From contig OZ219926.1 in NCBI GenBank assembly GCA_964291405.2, positions 3,712,001-3,776,000 on the forward strand: 64,000 nucleotides of DNA, given 5' to 3'. Every line of letters begins with the position of its first letter. Positions within the stretch are counted from its first letter, which is position 1. Both the position numbers and the translations under genes were made by a program. The notes beneath the pieces were generated by a model. It did not search any database. It had not been told where the DNA came from and saw nothing but the letters and a program-made list of their open reading frames with translations. Below are positions 47,268-57,376 of the stretch, one piece after another. This DNA comes from Thermodesulfobacteriota bacterium (GTDB lineage: Bacteria > Desulfobacterota > Binatia > Bin18).

Positions 47268-49193
47268 TTAGGTCTCCTGCGGCGGAGCGCTGAAGTTCCG
47301 GGCGATGGTCGGGGCTTCGAGATAGCGGTCGCCGGGGCGCATGTTCTGCTGCGTCCACGTGCCGGCAGCCGGGGTGGTGGGCTCGATCATCGGGCGTTCG
47401 TTCTTACGCATTTCGGCCCGGAGCTTTTCGGTCGCGGCAACGTCGAGGCTGCGCTCAAGATCGTCCTTGACCACCACGCCAAACACGTTGTAGGCCGTGT
47501 CTTCGCTGATCCACTCGTCCCGCAGATCGCGGCGCACCTGTTCCGGGTCGCGGTCAAGCGGGTTGCCCCAGCCGCCGCCGCCTGCGGACACCCCGTTCCA
47601 GGTTTCGCCTTCGCGAATCAGTAATTGCCCCGCGGAGGAGGTAAACGTCCGGCTGCCATCAGCGTGCTCAATATAGATGCCGCCGCCTGGGCTCATGGTA
47701 CCGCCGTTCACCCCGTGCGGCGGGTTCTTCAGGCCCTCACCAAAGCCGACACACTCCATGTCACCGGCAATCGGCCGATAGCGCGTGCGCAGCCCTGGCC
47801 CACCGATCCACTTTCCCATGCCTATGGCATCGGTCTCAATCTCGTTCTGCTCGACGCGGATCGGATAGAGCAACTCCAACTGCTCGATCGAGGCCGAGGT
47901 GAGCCCGCCCATGCCGGCGATGGTGCACAGGACTGGCCACCCATCGGCGTCCTTTGCCGCGCCCTGGCCCCCACCGCTGTTGAACAGCATACAGCCCCAC
48001 TCCTTGCCGGTTCGGGAATCAACCCCGTTAAAATTCGGAACATGAGCGGTGTGCGCCCCGCCCGCGGGCACACGCTCGGGGATGGCCTCAGCCATGGCGA
48101 TATTGATCACCTCGTGCATAGGGTCGGCCGGATTCTGGGTTGCCCCTGCCACCGCGGCCGGCCACTTGGCCAGGCAGATGGTGTTGTCGTCGGCGTTGGC
48201 GCTGATGTGTTGCAGCACACCGTGGTTATGAGGAATGTCGGAGTCAATATAGTACAGGAAGGGGATCGTCGAGGTTGCCATCATGACCGCATAGGTCGCG
48301 TTGAACGAGCCGGTGGACGGCGGCCCCCCGCTGTAGTGCACGTGGATATCCGCGCCCTTCTTGGTGATGGTGGCCCGGATCGGGATATCGGTGGCCCCAT
48401 TGCCGTCGGTATCGGTCCAGGTCTCGCCGTGGTAGATGCCGTCGGGAATCGCGCGGAACTCCTCCGACGCGCGCTGGTCGGCGTAATCCATGAGCCCGTC
48501 GCTATAGCGCACGACCTCGTCGCGGCCGTACTGCTCGCACAGCTCGATCAGTCCCTTGCGGGCCACGCCACAGGCCCCGAGCTGGGCGCGCAGGTCGCCG
48601 TGCAGGGCGTCCCGATAGCGCACGTTGGCGAGATACAGCTCGACAATATCGTGGCGTTCGATCCCGCGGTCGACCAGCTTGGTCGGCGGAATGACGATGC
48701 CCTCCTGGAAGATCGTCTTTGCCGCAGGCACGATGCTCGACGCTTCGATAGCACCGGTATCGAGCTGATGGCCACGCGCCACGGTCCAGAACACCTGCTT
48801 GCCGTCCACAAAGACCGGCTGGGCCGTCACCAGGTCCGGGATATGGGTGTTGCCCCGATAGGGGTCGTTCGACATATACACGTCGCCGTCGTGGATATCG
48901 TCCCCAAACACGGAGACAATTTCCATCAGCAGGGTCCGAATGCTGTTGCAGTGGATAGGCAGGCAATCGGCCATGGTGACCTGACGCGGCCCGCTAGAGT
49001 GGGCGTCGTAGATCATGCACGAGTAGTCGCGGGCCAGGGCGATAACCGAGGTCCAGGCCGTCTGCTCCATGGCCAGGGTCATCTCCTGACCGATGGCTTC
49101 AAAGCGGTTGCGGATCACACTAAAAGTGATGGGGTCGAACGCTGCCTCCGTGGGCGGCAGAGGGATGGCATCAATCTTACTGGCCGTTGCCAT
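47268..49193 (-). CDS. Hydantoinase B/oxoprolinase-family metal-binding subunit (HyuB/CapB-like)
   Basis: DPITFSV, RDYSC, PIH, NDPYRGNTHIPD, RGHQLDTG, FQEG, SIEQLE, GGGGWGNP. Confidence 0.93.
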   Translation of the reverse strand: MATASKIDAIPLPPTEAAFDPITFSVIRNRFEAIGQEMTLAMEQTAWTSVIALARDYSCMIYDAHSSGPRQVTMADCLPIHCNSIRTLLMEIVSVFGDDIHDGDVYMSNDPYRGNTHIPDLVTAQPVFVDGKQVFWTVARGHQLDTGAIEASSIVPAAKTIFQEGIVIPPTKLVDRGIERHDIVELYLANVRYRDALHGDLRAQLGACGVARKGLIELCEQYGRDEVVRYSDGLMDYADQRASEEFRAIPDGIYHGETWTDTDGNGATDIPIRATITKKGADIHVHYSGGPPSTGSFNATYAVMMATSTIPFLYYIDSDIPHNHGVLQHISANADDNTICLAKWPAAVAGATQNPADPMHEVINIAMAEAIPERVPAGGAHTAHVPNFNGVDSRTGKEWGCMLFNSGGGQGAAKDADGWPVLCTIAGMGGLTSASIEQLELLYPIRVEQNEIETDAIGMGKWIGGPGLRTRYRPIAGDMECVGFGEGLKNPPHGVNGGTMSPGGGIYIEHADGSRTFTSSAGQLLIREGETWNGVSAGGGGWGNPLDRDPEQVRRDLRDEWISEDTAYNVFGVVVKDDLERSLDVAATEKLRAEMRKNERPMIEPTTPAAGTWTQQNMRPGDRYLEAPTIARNFSAPPQET

Positions 49194-49535
49194 GGGTGCA
49201 CTCCTTTACAAAACGGTTCTACTCACAGACCGGGCTACCACAGGAAAACGTCTCCGAATCGTAAACGCTGAGGCGTGAAGAATCAATGCGTTCCGCTGGG
49301 TAAGCGTGGGCTGACTGGCAGCGCCTGGGAGTGAGGACCATATTGGCGTGGTAACAGAATAGTCAGAATTTTGTCATTGCGGATCTAGAGTGAGAGAGGT
49401 ACGGCGGCAGAGTGGGGACGGGTGGTGGGACCGCTTCCCAAATCGATCTCAGGCGGGCATACTCGACTTGGTCGGGCAAAAGGCGGTCCCGAACTCAACC
49501 TGGAAGGGCCATGCGTGCCTCAGGAGGGAAACCCC

Positions 49536-50399
49536 ATGCATACCCTCACCTTGTCTCCATTGCATCCCGTGTTTGTTGCCGAAGTCCAGGGGCTGGACCT
49601 GCGGCAGCCAATTGATGCAGATTTAGCAGCCGAGATTGAGGCGGCTCTGGATGAGTTCGCCATATTGGTCTTCCGCGACCAGGTTCTGGACGAATCCCAG
49701 CAGATGGCGTTTACCCGCGCACTCGGTCCCGTTGATATGGGGCTGCTCAAGGTGTTGCAGCGGCGGAGTCGATTCAAAGAGGCCGGGATGATCGACATCT
49801 CCAACGTTGATCTCGAAAGCCAGATTCTAGAGCGGGACGACCCGCGCCTGATTACCATGCTGGCCAACCAGCTCTGGCACAGCGACAGCTCGTTCAAGCA
49901 CCCGGCGGCCAAGTATTCCTTGCTGCTGGCCTGTATTGTGCCCGAGCAGGGAGGGGAAACCGAGTTCGCTGATATGCGTGCGGCCTATGACGCTCTGCCG
50001 GACGATGTCAGGGGGGAGATCGAAGGGCTGGTGGTCGAACACTCTGCCTTTCATTCGCGTATTCAGCTCGGCGATCAGCAATACACGCCGGAAGATTTGG
50101 CCAAGTATCCAACCGTGGAATGGCCTATCGTCCGTACTCATCCGGGCTCCCGGCGGAAGACACTCTTTATCGGGGCGCATGCCACGCGCATTGTGGAACG
50201 GCCCGTCCCGGAAGGACGGCTCTTGCTCGCCGAGCTCTTAGAGCATGCGACGCAACGTCGGTTTGTGTACCGCCATACCTGGCGTCCGGGTGATCTGGTG
50301 ATCTGGGACAATCGCGCTGTCCTGCATCGCGGCCGCCGCTACGATCTTTCCCAGCGGCGTGAGTTGCGCCGGAGTACGGTCGAAGACGTCCGGGTGTGA
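49536..50399 (+). CDS. TauD/TfdA-family Fe(II)/2-oxoglutarate dioxygenase (TfdA/SdpA-like)
   Basis: DISNVD, NQLWHSDSSF (HxD), GGETEFADMRAAYD, HPGSRRKTL, WDNRAVLHR. Confidence 0.92.
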   Translation: MHTLTLSPLHPVFVAEVQGLDLRQPIDADLAAEIEAALDEFAILVFRDQVLDESQQMAFTRALGPVDMGLLKVLQRRSRFKEAGMIDISNVDLESQILERDDPRLITMLANQLWHSDSSFKHPAAKYSLLLACIVPEQGGETEFADMRAAYDALPDDVRGEIEGLVVEHSAFHSRIQLGDQQYTPEDLAKYPTVEWPIVRTHPGSRRKTLFIGAHATRIVERPVPEGRLLLAELLEHATQRRFVYRHTWRPGDLVIWDNRAVLHRGRRYDLSQRRELRRSTVEDVRV

Positions 50400-50473
50400 G
50401 ACGTCTCTCCCCAGCCTCCCTTTGTCTCTTCGGCGTGTGAACGCTATAGTCCGAACCCACAGGAGGTAGTGCG

Positions 50474-51505
50474 ATGCGACTCGGATTAGTCACCGGATAC
50501 TCAGGCCCGAACATGCCGCACACCATGGAGGTGATTCTTGAAGCCGAGCGCCTCGGGTTTGACTCAGTCTGGACCGGTGAGGCCTGGGGGTCGGATGTTG
50601 TTTCTTTTCTGGCCTTTGTTGGGGCGCGTACGTCAAAAATCAAGCTGGGAGCGGGAATCTTGCAGATGCAGGCACGCACTCCGGCCATGACGGCCATGAC
50701 CGCTATGACACTTGATGGTTTGACCGACGGGCGTTTTCTGATCGGGCTCGGGCCGTCGAATCCACAGGTCATTGAGGGGTGGCACGGTGTGCCCTATGGC
50801 AAGCCGCTCCAACGCTATCGGGAGTATGTCGAAATTCTACGCAAAATTCTGGCCCGTGAGGAACGGCTTGAGTTTGCCGGTCAGGAATATCAGATTCCGT
50901 ACGCCGGGCCGGATGCCAGCGGGCTGGGCAAGCCGCTGAAGAGTATTCTTCATGGCCGGCCCGATATGAAAATCTACACCGCCTCAATTGGCCCCAAGGG
51001 CATTGCGCTGGCGGCTGAAATTGCCGATGGTCTGCTCCCGGTGTGGATGAGCCCGGATTGGGGCGAATCGTATTATCTCCCGCATCTCGAAGCCGGCTTT
51101 GCCACAGCTGGGAACGGCAAAAGCCGGCGGGATTTTGATCTCGCCCCGTATGTGACGTGTGTGCTGGGCGATGACCTGGACCAATGCCGTGCCCCGGTCA
51201 AAGCCAGCCTGGCCCTGTATATCGGTGGCATGGGGGCTCGCACCAAGAATTTCTATAACAGCTATGTCCGCAACTTCGGCTATGAGGGTCTGGCCACAAC
51301 ATTGCAGGATTTATATCTCTCGGGCCAGAAAGTGGCCGCCCAGGCGGCCGTGCCTGACGAGCTTGTCGATGCCGTCGCCCTGGTCGGTCCCAGGGAACAT
51401 ATCGCCGAACAGCTCACGCGCTGGAAAGCGTCATCCGTCACGACCATGATTATTGGCACGAATCAGGTCGAAGCCCTACGCGTCCTGGCTGAGCTGTGCC
51501 TGTAG
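50474..51505 (+). CDS. LLM-class F420-dependent oxidoreductase (Rv3520c-like)
   Basis: [58 protein letters not shown]. Confidence 0.9.
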   Translation: MRLGLVTGYSGPNMPHTMEVILEAERLGFDSVWTGEAWGSDVVSFLAFVGARTSKIKLGAGILQMQARTPAMTAMTAMTLDGLTDGRFLIGLGPSNPQVIEGWHGVPYGKPLQRYREYVEILRKILAREERLEFAGQEYQIPYAGPDASGLGKPLKSILHGRPDMKIYTASIGPKGIALAAEIADGLLPVWMSPDWGESYYLPHLEAGFATAGNGKSRRDFDLAPYVTCVLGDDLDQCRAPVKASLALYIGGMGARTKNFYNSYVRNFGYEGLATTLQDLYLSGQKVAAQAAVPDELVDAVALVGPREHIAEQLTRWKASSVTTMIIGTNQVEALRVLAELCL

Positions 51506-51557
51506 TACACGACATTGTGAAATTGGACGCAAGTCGCATTTATAGAAAGCCGACAGA

Positions 51558-52190
51558 ATGAAACTCTACATGGTTCCCGCTGCACCGAACCCTACGAAAG
51601 TGATGCTGTATATTGCCGAGAAAACGGCCGCCGGGACTGAGATGGGTATCGAACAGATCCTCGTCAATACGCTCAAAAATGAGCAAAAGAGTGAGGATCA
51701 TCTGGCGCGTAATCCGTTTGGGAGTCTACCCGTGCTGGAGGTTGCGGACAATGATTACATTGTCGAATCTCTGGCGATTATTGAGTATTTGGAAGAGAGC
51801 TTTCCCCAACCGGCGATGTGGGGGAATGGAACGCGCGGACGGATACGCGCACGTGAGCTGGAACGTATCGCCGATCTCCGTGTGCTGCTTCAAGTCGGGC
51901 GTTATGTCCATGCCACGAAATCGCCCATCGGACTTCCCCCTAATCCTGTGTCTGCGGCGCAGGCCAAGCAAGCACTGCCGGTTGCCTTCCAGTACTTTGA
52001 GAATATTTTAGCCGACGATCGCGCACTGCTATTAGGTGATCGCGTATCGGTTGCCGACTGCACCCTTCAGGCCGCCTTGCAGTTCATGCGCTTTGCCAAG
52101 TTTGATCTCATCGCAGACTATCCACATCTCACACGCTGGGACGCCGCGTACCGCCAACGCGCGGCGGCGGAAGCCGTATTGAAATTCTAA
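51558..52190 (+). CDS. Glutathione S-transferase-family protein
   Basis: APNPTKV, RNPFGSLPVLE, ESLAIIEYLEE, SVADCT. Confidence 0.9.
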   Translation: MKLYMVPAAPNPTKVMLYIAEKTAAGTEMGIEQILVNTLKNEQKSEDHLARNPFGSLPVLEVADNDYIVESLAIIEYLEESFPQPAMWGNGTRGRIRARELERIADLRVLLQVGRYVHATKSPIGLPPNPVSAAQAKQALPVAFQYFENILADDRALLLGDRVSVADCTLQAALQFMRFAKFDLIADYPHLTRWDAAYRQRAAAEAVLKF

Positions 52191-52256
52191 GTACGACACG
52201 GCTTTCGCCGTCCTCTTCCACCTACGAAAAGGGATTGAATGAGTAGGAGAAAATTC

Positions 52257-53090
52257 ATGAGAATTGGGGTTTCACTGCCAGTGAGAGAGCTTCAGGGCGA
52301 TTTGGGAGCGATCCGGGCATTCGCCCAGACGGCCGACGAGTTGGGCTATACGCATTTGCGCGTCCCGGATCAGGTCCTCCGGCCCGATAGCGGCTATGTG
52401 CACGAGCCGCTGACGCTGCTGGCCTATGTGGCGGCACTCACGCAGAAGATAGAACTGGTGCCTTCGGTCATTGTCCTGCCCTCACGCCAGACTGTGCTGG
52501 TTGCCAAGCAGACCGCGGAGTTGGATGTACTGTCCGGCGGCCGCTTGCGTCTCGGCATCGGCGTTGGTCCCAGTGCTGAGGAATACCGCGCCCTGGGTGT
52601 GGACTTTCAGACGCGAGGGGATCGCTGCGAAGAACAGATGAGCCTCCTCAAACAGCTCTGGACACAGCCTACGGTTGAATTTGACGGACGTTGGGACAAG
52701 GTGTCAGGCGCCGGTCTGAATCCGCTGCCGGTCCAAAGGTCGATCCCGCTCTGGATTGGCGCCCAGAGTGTTCCCATCCCGCGCATTCGGCGCCGGATCG
52801 GACGCCTGGCCGACGGCTGGTTTGTGCTGTGTACGCCGGAAGAGTTCCCGGCCATACAGGCTGATATTCTACGTGCAGCCGAAACGGCCGGCCGGAGCCC
52901 ACAGGATATCGGTACCGAAGCCGGTGTAGCCGTGGTTGGTCCTCGCGAGGCGGAATGGCGCGACCGGGTGGCCGGCTGGCGGCGGGCCGGCCTCAGCCAC
53001 ATATGTTTACGCACGCTCGGGGGCGGGCTGGATGCGCAGGGTCATCTGGACACTATGCAGCGCGTGTATGCCGAGGTGCCCAGAGACTGA
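52257..53090 (+). CDS. LLM-class F420-dependent oxidoreductase (Rv2161c-like)
   Basis: HEPLTLLAY, LPSRQTVLVAKQTAELDVLSGGRLRLGIGVG, NPLPVQRSIPLWIG, ADGW; alternative start at 52239. Confidence 0.88.
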   Translation: MRIGVSLPVRELQGDLGAIRAFAQTADELGYTHLRVPDQVLRPDSGYVHEPLTLLAYVAALTQKIELVPSVIVLPSRQTVLVAKQTAELDVLSGGRLRLGIGVGPSAEEYRALGVDFQTRGDRCEEQMSLLKQLWTQPTVEFDGRWDKVSGAGLNPLPVQRSIPLWIGAQSVPIPRIRRRIGRLADGWFVLCTPEEFPAIQADILRAAETAGRSPQDIGTEAGVAVVGPREAEWRDRVAGWRRAGLSHICLRTLGGGLDAQGHLDTMQRVYAEVPRD

Positions 53091-53103
53091 GCTGCCGATT
53101 TCG

Positions 53104-53541
53104 TTAGGCTTCGTCCTTGGGGCCAAAGGAATCGGTCGTGATTCGGCGCGATTTGAACTTCCACTCGCCGCCAACTTTGACGTACTCGTCATTATACCAG
53201 CCCTTCATCTCCCATTTTCTGCCCTCACGGTTCATATGGACTTCCACATAGCACGTCCCTGTGGCTTGGTCCGACTCGCTCAGCTCAATGACGTGATTAT
53301 GAATGAAGGGCCGGGGCTGCATCGCCAGGCCACCCTTGATCATGGTACGCAAGCCGTCGTGTCCCTGTGCACCCGGCAGGCTGGGGTCGTCGGTCGAGAA
53401 TGAGCCGTCTTCGGTAAAGAGGTTGACGTATCCGTCCAGGTCCTGTTGCCACACACAGTGACAATACTGCAAAGGCAGGTTGCGAATGGCTTCTCGGTCA
53501 ACCATTTCCTGCATCTGTGCTTCAAGACTCTTGTCTGCCAT
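53104..53541 (-). CDS. NTF2/SnoaL-like protein
   Basis: DREAIRNL, LFTEDG, NHVIEL, GWYNDEYVKVGGEWKFKSR. Confidence 0.88.
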   Translation of the reverse strand: MADKSLEAQMQEMVDREAIRNLPLQYCHCVWQQDLDGYVNLFTEDGSFSTDDPSLPGAQGHDGLRTMIKGGLAMQPRPFIHNHVIELSESDQATGTCYVEVHMNREGRKWEMKGWYNDEYVKVGGEWKFKSRRITTDSFGPKDEA

Positions 53542-53603
53542 GTTGTCCTCCTTTTTTGTTCCCCTGTTTCTTCCCTCTGAGAAATGGACAAGGTGTTGTT
53601 GTT

Positions 53604-54404
53604 TTACTCCGGCAGAAACGACGGGCTGCCCGTTTTGGCGGTTTGGCCACCGTCGGCAACAAACGCCGCGCCCGTCACAAACGAGGCCAGATCGGAGGCC
53701 AGAAACAGGATGACATTGGCCATCTCTTCCGGCCTACCCAGCCGTCCCATGGGGATGACCTCGTCGAACTTCTCGGCAAACCCCGGCTGCTCCAGGGCGG
53801 GTGCGATCAGCGGCGTATCGATGGCACCCGGACAGATGCAGTTGGCCCGGATGCCGGCGCGGGCATACTCAACGGCCACCACCCTGGTGAGATTGATCAC
53901 ACCGGCCTTGGCGGCGTTATACGCGGCAATGCCATAATCGGCCCGCAGCCCCGAAATGGAGGCGGTGTTGACGATAGTCCCACCGCCGTTCTGGCGCATG
54001 ACCGGAATGGCTTTTTTCATGGCGTGAAAGACCGATGACAAACCCAGGTCGATGGTATTGTCCCAGACTCTGTCCTCCAGATCGGCTGTACGGGCCATGA
54101 CCGTACTGTCAGGCCGAGCTGCGGGCAGCCCAAAGGCATTATTATGCAGAAAATCGAGCCGGCCAAAGGCATCCGTCGTGGTCGCAATCATGCGGTCGAG
54201 GGCGGACAGCTGGGTCACATCGGCAATCACCGCAATGGCCTTCCCGCCCGCTACCGTGATCTCGGCGACCACCGCGTTCGCGTTCTCTGCGTTAATATCC
54301 GCAACCGCAACCGCCCCGCCGCGCTGGGCAAATCCCAGTGCGGTGGCACGGCCAATGCCCGAGGCCGCACCCGTCACCAAGCCGACTTTACCGCTAAAAT
54401 CCAT
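53604..54404 (-). CDS. Short-chain dehydrogenase/reductase
   Basis: TGAASGIG, HNNA, YNAAKAG, CPGAIDT, DGG. Confidence 0.93.
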   Translation of the reverse strand: MDFSGKVGLVTGAASGIGRATALGFAQRGGAVAVADINAENANAVVAEITVAGGKAIAVIADVTQLSALDRMIATTTDAFGRLDFLHNNAFGLPAARPDSTVMARTADLEDRVWDNTIDLGLSSVFHAMKKAIPVMRQNGGGTIVNTASISGLRADYGIAAYNAAKAGVINLTRVVAVEYARAGIRANCICPGAIDTPLIAPALEQPGFAEKFDEVIPMGRLGRPEEMANVILFLASDLASFVTGAAFVADGGQTAKTGSPSFLPE

Positions 54405-54429
54405 AGGTGTGTCTCCTCAGCAACCGCGG

Positions 54430-55548
54430 CTACTCTAGACTGAAAATGCGGGCTCCATTATCCCAGAACAGCTTGCGTTTCGACTCTTCCGGAATGGGCT
54501 GGTCGAGCATGGCCTGCACACCCCACGGGTAGGTGCCGTCGGGGTGCGGATAGTCGGAGTCCCAGGTAAAATTCTCGTCGCCGACCAGTTCGACCGCCGC
54601 TTTCATGGTGGGCTCGTCGCCCCGGAAGCCCACGCACACATTGCTGCGAAAATACTCCGTCGGCGGCCGGGTGAGATATTCATGCTCGGCATTACCGCTG
54701 AACTTCCAGTGCTGTTCCATGCGTTGCAGCCAGTACGGGGTCCAGCCGCCGTCGCCCTCGACGTGGATGACCTTGAGTTGGGGGAATTTTTCAAAGATAC
54801 CGAACCAGATCAGGCCAGCCATGGCCGCCATGGCCTCAAACGGATGGGATAAAATATGACCGCTGGTATGCGTGTCCATGCGGTCGCCAAACGAGGGCAC
54901 CGAAGCCGAGGCCGAGTCATGGGTGGAGATGGGCTTCCCCAGCCTCTCAATGGTCGCCCACAGCGGATGATAGTCCTCATGCCACAGCGTCCGGCCGCCG
55001 ACCGGATTGGGCCGCATATAATAACTGACACAGCCGTTTGCCGCGGCGCGTTCGGCCTCTTTGATCGCCTCTTCCGGTTCCTGCATGGGCAGGGCTGCGG
55101 CCCAGCGGAGACGTTCGGGCGCTTCGGAGGTGTAGTCGGTGGCCCAGTTGTTATAGGCTCGGCAGCAGGCTGCCAGCAGTTTGGTGTCGCGGAACTCGCG
55201 GCCGAGCATCTGGCCGGTATAGGTCGGGTAGAGAATCTGGACATCCACGCCTTGCTCGTCCATGTCCATGAGTCGGCTTGTGGCACTAAAGCCGGTTTCT
55301 TTGGCCCGCTCAAAGCGGTCCATGGCCTTATACGCCGCCTTCAGAAACGCCTTGGCCGCCATCGGGTATTTACCCTTTTCTCGGGTAAACGACTCGCCTT
55401 CGACCAGAAAGGTGCGACGACCCGACCCCGGTGCCTCGCCCATCCGGGGCGCTTCGGCCTTATACGCGTCTTCCATATGCCGTTCCCACAGCCAGTCCGG
55501 CTCCATCATATGAGAATCGGTATCAACAATTTTGAATCCGTCACGCAT
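54430..55548 (-). CDS. Amidohydrolase_2-family metal-dependent hydrolase/decarboxylase
   Basis: DTDSHMMEP, MDEQGVD, RAYNNW, FEKFPQL, DSDYPHPDG, WDNGARIF. Confidence 0.9.
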   Translation of the reverse strand: MRDGFKIVDTDSHMMEPDWLWERHMEDAYKAEAPRMGEAPGSGRRTFLVEGESFTREKGKYPMAAKAFLKAAYKAMDRFERAKETGFSATSRLMDMDEQGVDVQILYPTYTGQMLGREFRDTKLLAACCRAYNNWATDYTSEAPERLRWAAALPMQEPEEAIKEAERAAANGCVSYYMRPNPVGGRTLWHEDYHPLWATIERLGKPISTHDSASASVPSFGDRMDTHTSGHILSHPFEAMAAMAGLIWFGIFEKFPQLKVIHVEGDGGWTPYWLQRMEQHWKFSGNAEHEYLTRPPTEYFRSNVCVGFRGDEPTMKAAVELVGDENFTWDSDYPHPDGTYPWGVQAMLDQPIPEESKRKLFWDNGARIFSLE

Positions 55549-55656
55549 GGTCAGCTCCCTCCAGTATGTGCTGCTTTTTCATAGCCGTTCAGGCTGTTGT
55601 GTGGTATCCACCTCTGTCGTCACGGGACCTCTGTTATCACAAGAATAGAGGGCCGG

Positions 55657-56841
55657 TCAGCCCTTGGGCAGCCCGAGCACCCGCTCGCCGATGATGTTGT
55701 GCTGAATCTCGTTGGTCCCGGCCGCGATGGTACTGCGCCGTGCCGCCAGCATGCGATGTGACCATTTGCCGCGGTCAATTGCCCTGCTGGCTTGATACTC
55801 GAACTGGCTGTAGGGGCCCAACAACTCCATGGCAAAGTCCTGCATGCGCAGGTTCAGGCCGCTCGTGCCGAGCTTCATAATCGAGCCTTCCGGCCCAGGC
55901 GGGAGCCCTTTGAGTTGGCTGGTGAGCTGCCGGAAACTGGTGTATTTGAGCGCCGCGGCCTCGCAGGCGAAGCCGGCCAGGCTTTGCCGTACATAGCTGT
56001 CCTCCCAGGCCGGACGACCGCCCCGGTCCACTTTTTTTGCCAATTCGGTGAGCTGTCTGACCTCGACCATCATGTCGGTGCGCCCACCGTGAATCGTACG
56101 CTCGAACATCATATTGGTCATGGCGACCATCCAGCCCTGGTTCTTCTCCCCGACAAGGTTGGCCAGGGGGACCTGGACATCATCGAAAAACACTTGGTTG
56201 AACCCGCTCTCCCCGGTCATCTGGACTAGCGGCCGCACGGTGATGCCGGGGCTTTTCATATCGACCAGCAGATAGCTGAGGCCTTTATGCTTGGGCGCAT
56301 CGGGATCGGTCCGACACAGCAGGGTGGTGAAGTTGGCGCGGTGGGCGTTGGAGGTCCAGACCTTGGAGCCGTTGACCAGGAAGTGGTCGCCCCGGTCAAC
56401 CGCCCGCGTCTCAACAGCGGCGAGGTCGGAGCCGTGGTCGGGTTCTGACAGGCCCTGGCACCAGATCTCCTCGGCCGGTGGAATCTTGGGGATATAGCGC
56501 TGCTTCTGTTCCGGCGTGCCCCATTGCATCAGCGTCGGTCCCACCCGCGCGATGCCCTGAAAATTGACCGTGGGTGGGGCCTTGGCGCGGTCGAGTTCCT
56601 GCTGGTAGATGACCTGCTGGATCAGGCTTGCGCCGCGACCGCCATACTCCTGGGGCCAGTGGATGCACATCCAGCCTCCGTCGTACAACTGGCGATGCCA
56701 GGCGCGGCGCCGCTCGAACTCTTCCAGGGTGTCCGGGTCGCGCAGCTCGTCATCCCGCCAGTCGCGGGGAATGTTGTGTTCGAGCCAGCTTCTGAATTCC
56801 TGCCGAAAGGTTTCGTCTTCCGGGCTGAATTTGAAATCCAT
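55657..56841 (-). CDS. Acyl-CoA dehydrogenase
   Basis: WPQEYGGRG, WCQGLSEPDHGSDL, NGSKVWTS, FNQVFFDDV, TIAAGTNEIQHNIIGERVLGLP. Confidence 0.95.
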   Translation of the reverse strand: MDFKFSPEDETFRQEFRSWLEHNIPRDWRDDELRDPDTLEEFERRRAWHRQLYDGGWMCIHWPQEYGGRGASLIQQVIYQQELDRAKAPPTVNFQGIARVGPTLMQWGTPEQKQRYIPKIPPAEEIWCQGLSEPDHGSDLAAVETRAVDRGDHFLVNGSKVWTSNAHRANFTTLLCRTDPDAPKHKGLSYLLVDMKSPGITVRPLVQMTGESGFNQVFFDDVQVPLANLVGEKNQGWMVAMTNMMFERTIHGGRTDMMVEVRQLTELAKKVDRGGRPAWEDSYVRQSLAGFACEAAALKYTSFRQLTSQLKGLPPGPEGSIMKLGTSGLNLRMQDFAMELLGPYSQFEYQASRAIDRGKWSHRMLAARRSTIAAGTNEIQHNIIGERVLGLPKG

Positions 56842-56843
56842 AC

Positions 56844-57359
56844 TTAGGCTCTTTCTTCCAACTCGGCCAGTAACTCGTCCAGGTCCACCTTCCCGCGGCC
56901 GGCCTGAATATTACCCTGCGCGTCGCGGGACCATGTCTCGGGCGGCCGGTCCACCGAAAGTTCCACCCCGTTGCCGTCCGGGTCAGCTAGGTAGACGGAT
57001 TCGGACACGCCGTGGTCGGAGGTGCCCTGCAAAGGATAGTCCGCCTGCCGTAGCGCCTTTACCGCCCGGGCCAGTTCCCGACGGCTAGGGTAGAGAATGG
57101 CAAAGTGATATAGCCCTGTATGTCCGGGCGGGGGCGGACTCGCCTCTGGGCCTGCCCAGGTATTCAGCGCCAGGTGGTGATGGTAGCCGCCGGCGGACAG
57201 AAACACAGCCGAATCCTTGTAGCGCATGGTCTCCTCAAAGCCCAACAGGTCGCGGTAAAAGGCTAATGAGCGCTCCAGGTCGGTTACCGTCAGATGAATA
57301 TGGCCGATTTGGGTTTGAGGATGAATCGGCTCGGACGACGCTGTCGCTGCTTGTGCCAT
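56844..57359 (-). CDS. VOC-family protein (CatE/glyoxalase-like)
   Basis: IGHIHL, GGYHHHLALNTW, GLYHFAI, DHGVSESVYLADPDGNGVEL. Confidence 0.9.
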   Translation of the reverse strand: MAQAATASSEPIHPQTQIGHIHLTVTDLERSLAFYRDLLGFEETMRYKDSAVFLSAGGYHHHLALNTWAGPEASPPPPGHTGLYHFAILYPSRRELARAVKALRQADYPLQGTSDHGVSESVYLADPDGNGVELSVDRPPETWSRDAQGNIQAGRGKVDLDELLAELEERA

Positions 57360-57376
57360 AAGAACTCTCTCCTTAG

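Noticed and set aside
47625-49271. 548-aa plus-strand ORF
   Set aside because: Antisense shadow of the hydantoinase B gene; no recognisable domain
49390-49530. Possible glycine riboswitch upstream of the dioxygenase (CTCAGG, AAAAGG, GGGACCGC/GCGGTCCC stem at 49427-49490)
   Set aside because: The conserved CCGAAG element and tandem aptamer layout are missing; only an 8-bp inverted repeat is supported; an Rfam search would settle it
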